From contig NC_022359.1 of the NCBI RefSeq assembly GCF_000354175.2, positions 990,001 to 1,022,000 on the forward strand: a stretch of DNA of 32,000 nt. Direction: 5' to 3'. Each line of letters starts with the position of its first letter. Positions within the stretch are counted from its first letter, which is position 1. Shown piece by piece: positions 8,839 to 16,993 of the stretch. The DNA comes from Vibrio alginolyticus NBRC 15630 = ATCC 17749. Its GTDB lineage: Bacteria; Pseudomonadota; Gammaproteobacteria; Enterobacterales; Vibrionaceae. The notes under the pieces are model-generated. The model did no database searches, had not been told where the DNA came from, and saw only the letters and a program-made list of their open reading frames with translations. The position numbers and the translations under genes are program-made.

Positions 8839-10152
8839 TTATTTATTGTCAGTTTTTTCAGCTTGTAGCTGACTCAATTTATATAGGTAGATGTTCAGTA
8901 AAAGGGTTGCGCGGTCAATTTCCTTTTGCTGTGAATACTTTTCAGCGTATTCAATACGACCTAAAAGCGGGAATAACGAGTTACTGTATTCGTACGCCTT
9001 TTCAGAGTTCTTATCTACATTCTGTCTAGCTACGTTGGCAAACACCGTTCTTGCGTCTGAGAATCGCTTATAAACATCCATAAACTGGTCTTCTAAATGG
9101 GCGCTCTGTGTCAAAAAGTTTTGACGTAGTTGCTGTGCAGAAGACGAATCCGGATAGATCGCGATTAATTCATTGGTCAAGCTATCGAGCTCGCTGACGT
9201 TACTTACTTTTGCCGAGTCTAAAAACCAGTTATTCATCATAATATCGACACGATTAATGGCCTGCGTTTTCAATGACTGAGCATATTTTTTATTTTCGTA
9301 ATCTAACGAGGCGACCAAATTTACAAGTTCATTAAGTGAAGCTTGATTAATTTTTTGTTCCAATGTTCGATAACGTTGTTGCTCGTACATGAAATGTGAA
9401 CATATCGCAGTAACAATCAAACCAATAACGAAGTAGATCATAAATCGACCAGACTTTGCCGGTGATGCTTTCTCTTGGCTATTTAGGTTGGGTGATGACA
9501 CCGGTGCTGGAGAGGGAGACACATTCACTTTAATTTCAGGTGCCTTCTGCGTTGCTGCAGGAGCGCTAGTGTTGGCTTGTTTTTTCTCGCGTAACTCAGC
9601 CGCAATCTGTTGTTCTTTTATCTGCTCAATCCATTGATTCAAAATACGGCGAATGCGACCTAATGACGGCGCTTCAATACCGTAATGAAGACGAAGCTCT
9701 TCCTCAATCCTCAAGCATAATTGATGTGCTGCCTCTATCAATGGAAGCTCTTCTGGTAACGCCCGATGCTTATTAATTCGTTTTTCAGTATGCTCTACCA
9801 TCCATTCAATAGCGCTCATTCGTGCCTTTGACTTTGAATGCTCTGGATACGCGTTGAACCAATATACGACACACACATCAAGTATTGAGTTTAACCCTTC
9901 AACAAGGCCTCTTAAGCCGTCGTTATAGGTTGATGCAACGGTAAAGTAACAGCAACAACGTAGGTCTTTCGCTTGGGTACTCAAGATCTTTTTTGAGAGT
10001 GTTTGAACCGTTTTCCACGAGACTCTCCCTGTGACTTTATTCAGGTTGTTTATTTGACGTTTAATTTCGTCAAAATCCTCAGAACCATTAGGATTAGAGC
10101 CGCTTGGGTTATTTTCATCGATTGGTCTTCGAGCGAAGTCGGTAAAAAACAT
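8839..10152 (-). CDS. tssA: ImpA_N-domain TssA-family protein with an internal transmembrane helix (TagA/VasL-like architecture)
   Basis: 437 aa. N-terminal ImpA_N-like region (IDENNPSGSNPNGSEDFDEIKRQI..., LRCCCYFTVA), a Pro/Ser-rich linker, one hydrophobic helix FMIYFVIGLIVTAICSHFMY (aa 237-256, nt 9385-9444), then a helical domain of about 180 aa. Located directly upstream of tssM. Confidence 0.75.
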   Translation of the reverse strand: MFFTDFARRPIDENNPSGSNPNGSEDFDEIKRQINNLNKVTGRVSWKTVQTLSKKILSTQAKDLRCCCYFTVASTYNDGLRGLVEGLNSILDVCVVYWFNAYPEHSKSKARMSAIEWMVEHTEKRINKHRALPEELPLIEAAHQLCLRIEEELRLHYGIEAPSLGRIRRILNQWIEQIKEQQIAAELREKKQANTSAPAATQKAPEIKVNVSPSPAPVSSPNLNSQEKASPAKSGRFMIYFVIGLIVTAICSHFMYEQQRYRTLEQKINQASLNELVNLVASLDYENKKYAQSLKTQAINRVDIMMNNWFLDSAKVSNVSELDSLTNELIAIYPDSSSAQQLRQNFLTQSAHLEDQFMDVYKRFSDARTVFANVARQNVDKNSEKAYEYSNSLFPLLGRIEYAEKYSQQKEIDRATLLLNIYLYKLSQLQAEKTDNK

Positions 10153-10655
10153 AAGGAAAGTTCCAACTGATCATATAGAAGTATTAAGTTATATAGGATT
10201 TCACTACTGTTATATTAAATTATAAGCAGTGCACATCTGCCGCAATTCTATAGACAAAATAAGCGGATTAGATAATAAAAATTCATTAAAAGAAATTAAA
10301 TTACTTTTAGTGTGATCTTTGTTCATAATATTAATATCAATAGTTAAGTCTATTTATAAGAAGAAACTTATATATGAAGATGAGAACGTTGATTAAAAAG
10401 TAACTAAATTGTTATCGGAGATTACGTTTTGTTCAATTAGCAATCAAATTCTGTTACTTCTATTTAAATAGAAAGATTTACTGTCTCGTCACTTAATCTG
10501 TAGTCGGTTCTTTAGTTTTTGTTTGTAGGTAAAACAACCAACCTGATAGTTGAAATGTATTAAATTATAGGTGTTTTTTTAGGCTTATTGAAAAAGAGAA
10601 TATAATTGATATCTTTCGCCTCTAAGTAGAATATCGGTTTTCCTAGAGGGACGAA
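10153..10655. promoter_or_regulatory. AT-rich divergent control region between the tssA-tssM-lrp operon (-) and the omp-tagH-tssJKL operon (+)
   Basis: 503 bp with no ORF, very AT-rich, and flanked by divergent start codons at 10152 (-) and 10656 (+). Individual promoters could not be pinned down by eye. Confidence 0.6.
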
Positions 10656-11255
10656 ATGCTAAAACCAAGTCAAATTGGGCTGATTTCAGCCATGTGTCTA
10701 TTTTCTTCTGTTGCAATGGCAAAAGGGGAGCGATATGGACTCTCTACCAGTATGTTGACTATCGATAGCATTAAATACGATGAAGGTAAAAGTGGTGAGC
10801 AGGATACGCTTAGGTTCGGCTTGGTTCATACTCGTCCTATTGATGAAAACAATAACCGTTGGCGTTGGTGGTTAGGGCTAAACTATCTAGCAGAAGATAT
10901 TGAAGCGCCAGCAAACGGCTTATATCAAGAAGCGACGAACTATGAACTTCGTGTTGTTCCTCAATATGCGTTGACTTCTTGGAGTGTTTTCACGCCATAT
11001 GTTGGTGCGGGCTTGTCTGTCGGTTACTCGCAATATTCTAATCGTTGGCAAGTAGACCAAGAGGGCTATCGTTATGAGAGTGTTGAAGATATCGACCAGT
11101 TTGAGTTAGGTGCGGTTGTGACCCTTGGTAGTGCTATAAAGTTAGGCAGTAATCCTGACGCCCATATACAAATTATCCCGCAGGCCTCTTATATCCTTCC
11201 GGTTGTAAATGATGGAATTGGTGGGCTTGAACTATCAGTTTCTTTGCTCTTTTGA
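10656..11255 (+). CDS. Small outer-membrane beta-barrel protein (OmpX/OmpW-size), first gene of the tagH-tssJKL operon
   Basis: 199 aa. Signal peptide ending AMA|KG, alternating hydrophobic beta-strand pattern giving about 8 strands, and a C-terminal LLF with aromatic terminal residue typical of BAM substrates. GAGGGA RBS upstream. Confidence 0.7.
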   Translation: MLKPSQIGLISAMCLFSSVAMAKGERYGLSTSMLTIDSIKYDEGKSGEQDTLRFGLVHTRPIDENNNRWRWWLGLNYLAEDIEAPANGLYQEATNYELRVVPQYALTSWSVFTPYVGAGLSVGYSQYSNRWQVDQEGYRYESVEDIDQFELGAVVTLGSAIKLGSNPDAHIQIIPQASYILPVVNDGIGGLELSVSLLF

Positions 11256-11264
11256 GGTTCGTAA

Positions 11265-12758
11265 ATGTACTCAAATCAGCTAGTTTTATTTATCTCAAAG
11301 TGTCCAGAGGAATACACCGGTGCAAAGCATATTGAAATGCCTGAAAGTGGTGGTTCGATAGGTCGTTCCCCAAGCTGTAGCGTGTCTTTAGCCGATCACA
11401 ACCGCTTTATATCGGGCACTCATTGTTTGCTCAGCGTGTATGGAGATACCTACTATATAAGTGACGTATCAACTAACGGCACAATGGTAAATGGGAATAA
11501 AATACTAAAAAATCAACCCGTTGCGATAGTTGATGGCGACATCATTTCTTTAGGGCAATATGAGATTGGTGTTTCTCTTGAGCACGTTACCTCAACACTA
11601 GACATCGCCGCTGATATTGCTCCTGAGCGAGTATCTAGCGATCCTCTGGTTAGTCTAGGAGATGCGGTTGTCGAAGAGGAAGAAAAAGTCGGTGCCTTAG
11701 AAGATTTGTTTATGGAGACTAAACAGGATGACATTGATTGTCATGATCCTGTTGCTCACCTTAACTTTTCGATGCAGCGAGATGACGATTACTTAATTCG
11801 TGATAATGAGCGTACAGATTCTGAACAACCTAGAACCGTGGAAAGCACGCGTCAGGTGGTCGATGACAGTTTCAGCATATATTCCGAATTCGATCAGCCA
11901 AGCCTAATCCCTGAAGACTGGATGGCTGCGGAAACCAAGAGTAACGCATCAGTCAATGATGCATTAGCGCCAGAAAGCGGTAAGGCACATAGAGCCGATA
12001 TTGCCTCAGCTGAGGTGATGCAACCTGGCACGGTAGCCCCAGATAGCACGATTCAAAGACAACATCGTACGCATAATGTTACTGAGATGGTCGTAGAACA
12101 GGCTAACACAGGGTCAAAATGGGAAGAGATGACCCAATCTTTTACGCCTTCTCCTAACACTAATCAGCAACTTCAAATACCTACGGCAGAGCACGCGATA
12201 AACAGTACGACGAAAGCACAAGTCGATACTGATGCGGCCGTTTGCTCTCAAGATATAGCGCAAGCGTTTTTTGATGGCTTGGGTATTCGAAACCCAGAGT
12301 TGATGACAAACGAGGCGCAGTTATTCAAGCAAATGGGCACTTGCTTGCGTTTATGTATTGATAACCTACAGAAAGAGTTGCACGAAGTGGAATCGTTAAA
12401 AGATGAGCAGAGTGCGAGTGAGGCTAACTCGAACATTGCAGAGCTAATGCTTACTTTGAATAGTCAGCAATTACTGGCTCCAAATGAACTGGTTGAACAA
12501 ATGCTCGATGAGCTGAACGACCACCAAGTTATGTTTAACAAAGCACTGAATGAGCTCATTTTAGAACAGTCAGAAACGAACGATCCCGTAGCATTTGCTA
12601 ACAGGGTCGCTAGCCAGTCTTTGTTCTCAACTAAGTCAAAGCTGTGGGCCGAATACCTAGATTTCTACACTAATAATCGTCGCCTGCTTAATGAAACATC
12701 CTTAAAAGGGCTGATTAAGAAAAACTATAACAAAGTGATTAAGGGAAACCATGCGTAG
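11265..12758 (+). CDS. tagH: T6SS-associated FHA-domain protein (TagH/Fha)
   Basis: N-terminal FHA signature residues (SIGRS..., SGTHC, STNGTMVNG), then a long acidic low-complexity linker and a conserved TagH-type C-terminal region. Located upstream of tssJ. Confidence 0.88.
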   Translation: MYSNQLVLFISKCPEEYTGAKHIEMPESGGSIGRSPSCSVSLADHNRFISGTHCLLSVYGDTYYISDVSTNGTMVNGNKILKNQPVAIVDGDIISLGQYEIGVSLEHVTSTLDIAADIAPERVSSDPLVSLGDAVVEEEEKVGALEDLFMETKQDDIDCHDPVAHLNFSMQRDDDYLIRDNERTDSEQPRTVESTRQVVDDSFSIYSEFDQPSLIPEDWMAAETKSNASVNDALAPESGKAHRADIASAEVMQPGTVAPDSTIQRQHRTHNVTEMVVEQANTGSKWEEMTQSFTPSPNTNQQLQIPTAEHAINSTTKAQVDTDAAVCSQDIAQAFFDGLGIRNPELMTNEAQLFKQMGTCLRLCIDNLQKELHEVESLKDEQSASEANSNIAELMLTLNSQQLLAPNELVEQMLDELNDHQVMFNKALNELILEQSETNDPVAFANRVASQSLFSTKSKLWAEYLDFYTNNRRLLNETSLKGLIKKNYNKVIKGNHA

Positions 12759-13251
12759 TATCGCCGTATTACTCGGATTTGCCATGTTGTCCGGTTGTTC
12801 CATGTGGGATCAATTTAAAGAGTCCACTGGTATCACACCAGAAACTTCGTCGATTGAATTGGTTATTGAGGCATCACCTGTACTCAATGTGAGAAATGGG
12901 GGCCAGTCATCTCCAGTTATTCTCCGTCTTCACGAATTAAGTTCGCCAGTATTGTTCCGAAGCTTAGATTTCTTTGCCTTGTTTGAGAGCGATAAAGCGT
13001 CGTTGGGTGATGAGTACATCAAACGTTACGAATATCAAATACAGCCAGGTGGAAAAGTTCATGAAATGCTAACTCTAGACCCTGACACTCGTGCCGTCGG
13101 TTTTTCAGTGGCTTTTCGTGATATTGATGGTTCGTCTTGGCGAAAAGTGGAAGTTATTGAAGAGAAGAGCGAGTACTACATCAAGCTCAAGTTAGAGGGC
13201 AGTGAGTTAATTTCTGATAACACTCGCGGCATTGAACAGGTTTACTTTTAA
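12751..13251 (+). CDS. tssJ: T6SS outer-membrane lipoprotein TssJ
   Basis: 166 aa. Lipobox LSGC (MRSIAVLLGFAMLSGCS). Size and position between tagH and tssK. Overlaps the tagH stop by 8 nt. Confidence 0.88.
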   Translation: MRSIAVLLGFAMLSGCSMWDQFKESTGITPETSSIELVIEASPVLNVRNGGQSSPVILRLHELSSPVLFRSLDFFALFESDKASLGDEYIKRYEYQIQPGGKVHEMLTLDPDTRAVGFSVAFRDIDGSSWRKVEVIEEKSEYYIKLKLEGSELISDNTRGIEQVYF

Positions 13252-13262
13252 GGGATAGAAAC

Positions 13263-14588
13263 ATGTCTTTATACAATCCAGTTGTTTGGCAAGATGGAAT
13301 GTTCATGAAGCCGCAGCATTTTCAACAACTCGATCGTTCGCAAAGTAAACTATCGAGCCTACTGAGTGCCAATGCATCGCCTTTGCATTGGGGAATTAAA
13401 CGTTTAGAAATCAACTCTCAGTTACTAGCACTGGGTAAAATCGGTATTACTCGTGCTGAAGGTATTTTACAAGACCGGACACCATTTGAGCTTCCGTTGC
13501 TTGCCGAGTTGCCTGAAGTGAAAGATGTAGATCCTTCGATTGCCGATAAAGTCGTTTATTTGTGCTGTCCGTTACCATCGGAACGCTCTGAGTTATTTGG
13601 TACCAAAAAAGACGGTGCGCGCTATACGATGGAATCTCAAGAAGCGGTTGACGCTTGTTATGATTCGGAAGACATGGCAAATATCGTCGTCGGTAAGCTT
13701 AACTTTTGCTTAATGTACGATCATGAAGATAAGAGTGCTTACACGTCTATTCCGATCTTAAAGATCTCAGAAGTGAAGCCTGATGGCAGCGTGATCTTAG
13801 ATGATAGTTTCATTCCTACCTGCATCGATATTCATGCGTCGACAGTACTGAGTAAATTTGCGACCGAGTTTGCTTCTATGTTGAAGCATCGCGCGGAATC
13901 GATAGTTCAGCGATTAGGGGTGGTGGATCAACAAGGCGTATCATCGGTTTCTGACTTTATGCTATTGCAAGCGCTCAACCGATACGAACCCTTGTTTTGG
14001 CATTTCGCAAGCACAGAAGCTGTGCATCCTGAGTCTTTGTATCGAATTCTTCTTCAGGCAGAGGGTGAGCTTTCGACGCTGTGCTCAACGACACGCCGAC
14101 CTATTGAGTTTACGAAGTACAATCATGGTGATCTTACTAGCTGTCTTTCTCGCGTCCTAGACAGTGCGAAAATGACATTGAGCGTGATGTCTGAGCAAAG
14201 AGCAATTCCACTGACCTTAAAAGATCAGAACTATGGCATCAGAACGGCAGCAATCCCTGACAATAAGATCATTGATACGACAACCTTTATCCTCGCAGTT
14301 AAAGCCGACGTGACCTTGGATGTTCTGCATACCCAGTTTGTCAGCCAAACGAAGATCGGTTCTATCGATAACATACGTGACTTGATTAACCTTCAACTGC
14401 CTGGGATTGAGATCAAACCAATGCCAGTTGTGCCACGCGCGCTGCCGTATCATGCTGGCTACACCTATTTCGAGCTCGATAAAACGGGCGAAGAGTGGAT
14501 GGCGTTGAAGAACACTGCTGCGATTGCGATTCACGTTGCGGGCGATTTCGCTAACTTATCATTGCAACTTTGGGCCGTTCGTCTATGA
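13263..14588 (+). CDS. tssK: T6SS baseplate subunit TssK
   Basis: 441 aa. Hallmark N-terminus PVVWQDGMFMKPQHFQQLDR. Confidence 0.94.
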   Translation: MSLYNPVVWQDGMFMKPQHFQQLDRSQSKLSSLLSANASPLHWGIKRLEINSQLLALGKIGITRAEGILQDRTPFELPLLAELPEVKDVDPSIADKVVYLCCPLPSERSELFGTKKDGARYTMESQEAVDACYDSEDMANIVVGKLNFCLMYDHEDKSAYTSIPILKISEVKPDGSVILDDSFIPTCIDIHASTVLSKFATEFASMLKHRAESIVQRLGVVDQQGVSSVSDFMLLQALNRYEPLFWHFASTEAVHPESLYRILLQAEGELSTLCSTTRRPIEFTKYNHGDLTSCLSRVLDSAKMTLSVMSEQRAIPLTLKDQNYGIRTAAIPDNKIIDTTTFILAVKADVTLDVLHTQFVSQTKIGSIDNIRDLINLQLPGIEIKPMPVVPRALPYHAGYTYFELDKTGEEWMALKNTAAIAIHVAGDFANLSLQLWAVRL

Positions 14589-15376
14589 GTTACGCAGAAA
14601 CCGACGTCACCGTAGTCTTATTCCAACCAGAGCCTGGCAAACCAATGGAGGTAATGCCAGCGCCTGACTTGTCGAGAAACATCGCAGTACAAGATCTATC
14701 TATCGACAACATGGGTATTAACCCGCTAGTGGACCAGTTCTCATGGTTGATCGCCAGTCTGTCTTGTATGTCTTCGATCCCTTGGCTTGATGACCCGATG
14801 CCATTTCGTGAACAAGTGGCACGTGAGATTCGAAAAGGTGAACGAAAACTTAATGAAATGGAGCTCGATCGTGCTTCGGTTCTTGTTATTCGTTACTGCT
14901 TGTGTGCGGCGATTGATGAATCTGTTTGTCGACAAGAGTGGGGGGCAAATAGTCACTGGAGCCAGAACAGCTTACTGTCTGAATTCCACAACGAGACATC
15001 TGGTGGTGACAAGTTTTTCGTTATTCTCGACCGCTTAAAAGCCGACCCTCGCAAATACCGTCACGTTATAGAGTTTCTCTATTTATTGCTTCAACTTGGT
15101 TTCCAAGGCAAGTACGGCCGTGAAGAGCGTGGCAACGAAAAGCTAGCGGAAATTGGCAGCACCATTTATCGATTAGTGCGAGATGACCGCCTAGCAGAAC
15201 AAGAAAAAGTTTCTTTAATCAACCTTAAAGCTAAATATCTAAAGAAGCCGTTAAAAAGGGTAATTTCACCCAAGCTGATCTTAAGTCTTAGTGCGATGAC
15301 GTTTGCGCTTATGTATGCGGCAACCTACATCGTCATAGACTTAAAATTTCAGCAACTGCTTGAAATGTATAGATAA
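14585..15376 (+). CDS. tssL: T6SS membrane subunit TssL (DotU-like), without a peptidoglycan-binding extension
   Basis: DotU-like sequence (IRYCLCAAIDESV, LLQLGFQGKYG) and a single C-terminal TM helix (LILSLSAMTFALMYAATYIVI). ATG 14585 overlaps the tssK stop (ATGA). The ORF-track TTG at 14570 is less likely. Confidence 0.9.
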   Translation: MSYAETDVTVVLFQPEPGKPMEVMPAPDLSRNIAVQDLSIDNMGINPLVDQFSWLIASLSCMSSIPWLDDPMPFREQVAREIRKGERKLNEMELDRASVLVIRYCLCAAIDESVCRQEWGANSHWSQNSLLSEFHNETSGGDKFFVILDRLKADPRKYRHVIEFLYLLLQLGFQGKYGREERGNEKLAEIGSTIYRLVRDDRLAEQEKVSLINLKAKYLKKPLKRVISPKLILSLSAMTFALMYAATYIVIDLKFQQLLEMYR

Positions 15377-15420
15377 CCAGAGATCTAAAATGAGATCTTC
15401 TGCCAGTTTTAGGGTTTATT

Positions 15421-15452
15421 GTGAATATCACTGGTCTTTTAGTGAAATTCAC
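15421..15452. promoter_or_regulatory. Two related 11-bp palindromes GTGA-N3-TCAC spaced 21 bp centre to centre (candidate operator)
   Basis: gtgaatatcac at 15421-15431 and gtgaaattcac at 15442-15452, in the tssL / PAAR-like intergenic gap. Confidence 0.35.
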
Positions 15453-15462
15453 TAGTTATTTA

Positions 15463-15490
15463 GAGAGATTGCAGTTTGCGATCTCTTTTA
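15463..15490 (+). terminator. Terminator-like hairpin upstream of the PAAR-like gene
   Basis: Stem agagat (15464-15469) / atctct (15481-15486), with inner gca/tgc pairing, followed by tttta. The T tract is weak. Confidence 0.35.
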
Positions 15491-15523
15491 TCATTCAATC
15501 AATAAAATTCAAATGGATTGGTT

Positions 15524-16981
15524 ATGGGCGTAACAGTTGGTGCGAATGGACTTTCGATAGTTCATAAAGGCTCAGGTGGTGAAGCGAATGCAACGCTCCC
15601 AGATGTTTGTTTAACTAAGGTCGGCAAGCCAGTCGTCCCTATCCCTTATGGCAACAATGCTAAATCAGCAGACCTTGCTGGTGGGACTACGACAGTCTCT
15701 ATGGATGGCGGTAACAGTGTCGCTATCAAGGGCAGTACGTTCTCAAAAAGTACCGGCGATGCGGGCGGTGACAGAAAAGGCGTTTCCTCAGGCACGATAG
15801 AAGCCGAAGCAAAATTCATTTCAGCCTCACCAACAGTCAAGTTTGAAGGCAAGGGCGTATGTCGCCTGTCCGATCAAATGACCATGAACAAAGCCAACAC
15901 TATGTGTTTGGGTGGCGCACAAAACCCATCGGTTTCTGTGACTGAAGAGCAGGAAGGGACGTATACGCTGGATATAGAATGCAAATATCCAAATGGGCTC
16001 CCTTACTCTAATGCAAAATTTTCTTTAGTCGAACCTTCAGGTGCTGTCATTGGGAGTGGAGTGCTGGACTCTAGCGGAAAAGCATCTGTTAATGGTCTCG
16101 CTCTAAAAGAATGCAGGTTAGTGCTCAGCGAAACTCAAGACTCTTACACCCCGAACCAATCTTTAGCTGAAAATATTGTGACGGAAACTTACCCTGATCC
16201 GAATGATTTTTGTACGTTTGTCGCAGGTCGCCGCTCACCATTTTGGGAAGATCGTGTTGGGGTTGCTAATGACTGGGGGATATTGATGTCCCCATCCTTC
16301 AGTGATGATGACTTTAAAGACATTGTGTTAGAGCAAAGCCGTATATCGTCTCCTTATGCGATTAGTCAAAATCACTCTAAAGACTTTTCTGATGCTTATG
16401 TTTCGGCACTTTATCACATCCAAACTGATACTACTGCGCTAGAGAAATATGAACCTTTAGTTGAACTGCTCTTGGAGCAAGTGCACGAAAATGGCGATAT
16501 ATTGAGAGTCTTATATCAAGCTGATGTGTTTGAGCCTCCCTATGAATTATTAGCGAAGCTTCGCTTTTTAGGGACTGGGAATACTGTGAAGTATTTGCAG
16601 TTTGTTTTATGGACGTTGATAAACAATCAAATCTGTTCATACATCGATGAGCTAAACAGTGAAATCATCGGTCGTTTAGATTTCATACAAAGCCAAGCTT
16701 CTGCAAGATCGTTGAGTTCTGTTGAAGAGGGTATAAACGGTTATAAAAAAGCACTTAACCACTTCAAACAAGCACTTCCTGACGTCATTAGCCAAATTTT
16801 CGAAACCAAAAATGACACCCTAATTTCTATATCGGCAATGGCCCTTGGGAGTACCGTTAACATAGCGAGCCAATCTAGCTTTGCTACTAATTTAGGTAGG
16901 GTTAATGCGGTGGTGTACACGAAGTCAAACAACTTGAACCGCCCATCATTTGTCACTTTTGACGATAACTTTTCTGACTAG
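15524..16981 (+). CDS. PAAR-like (DUF4150-type) T6SS spike-tip protein with a beta-sandwich linker and a C-terminal domain of about 280 aa of unknown function
   Basis: The N-terminal 135 aa or so (VGANGLSIVHKGSGGEANATLPDVCLTKVGKPVVPIPYGNNAKS...VKFEGKGVCRLSDQMTMNKANTMCLGG) match the DUF4150 PAAR-like pattern. They are followed by GTYTLDIECKYPNGLPYSNAKFSLVEPSGAVIGSGVLDSSGKASVNGL (transthyretin/CarboxypepD_reg-like pattern). The remainder has no motif I recognise. ATG 15524 is preferred over TTG 15518. Confidence 0.85.
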   Translation: MGVTVGANGLSIVHKGSGGEANATLPDVCLTKVGKPVVPIPYGNNAKSADLAGGTTTVSMDGGNSVAIKGSTFSKSTGDAGGDRKGVSSGTIEAEAKFISASPTVKFEGKGVCRLSDQMTMNKANTMCLGGAQNPSVSVTEEQEGTYTLDIECKYPNGLPYSNAKFSLVEPSGAVIGSGVLDSSGKASVNGLALKECRLVLSETQDSYTPNQSLAENIVTETYPDPNDFCTFVAGRRSPFWEDRVGVANDWGILMSPSFSDDDFKDIVLEQSRISSPYAISQNHSKDFSDAYVSALYHIQTDTTALEKYEPLVELLLEQVHENGDILRVLYQADVFEPPYELLAKLRFLGTGNTVKYLQFVLWTLINNQICSYIDELNSEIIGRLDFIQSQASARSLSSVEEGINGYKKALNHFKQALPDVISQIFETKNDTLISISAMALGSTVNIASQSSFATNLGRVNAVVYTKSNNLNRPSFVTFDDNFSD

Positions 16982-16993
16982 GACATTTAAATC

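Noticed and set aside
10228-10245. Sigma-54-like element agTGCACatctgccGCaa in the divergent T6SS control region.
   Set aside because: The near-invariant GG of the -24 box is TG here, the -12 box is poor, and the site lies more than 400 bp from the nearest start codon. This is not enough to call an RpoN promoter.
10311-10327. CRP-like half site TGTGA followed by tctttgttcata.
   Set aside because: The right half matches TCACA only with a wrong (7-nt) spacer, or poorly with the correct 6-nt spacer. In such AT-rich DNA this is likely chance.
14570-15523. ORF-track TTG starts for tssL (14570) and the PAAR-like gene (15518).
   Set aside because: In-frame ATGs a few codons downstream give N-termini that match the family patterns. 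ATG 14585 forms an ATGA overlap with tssK. ATG 15524 gives MGVTVGANG..., typical of DUF4150.
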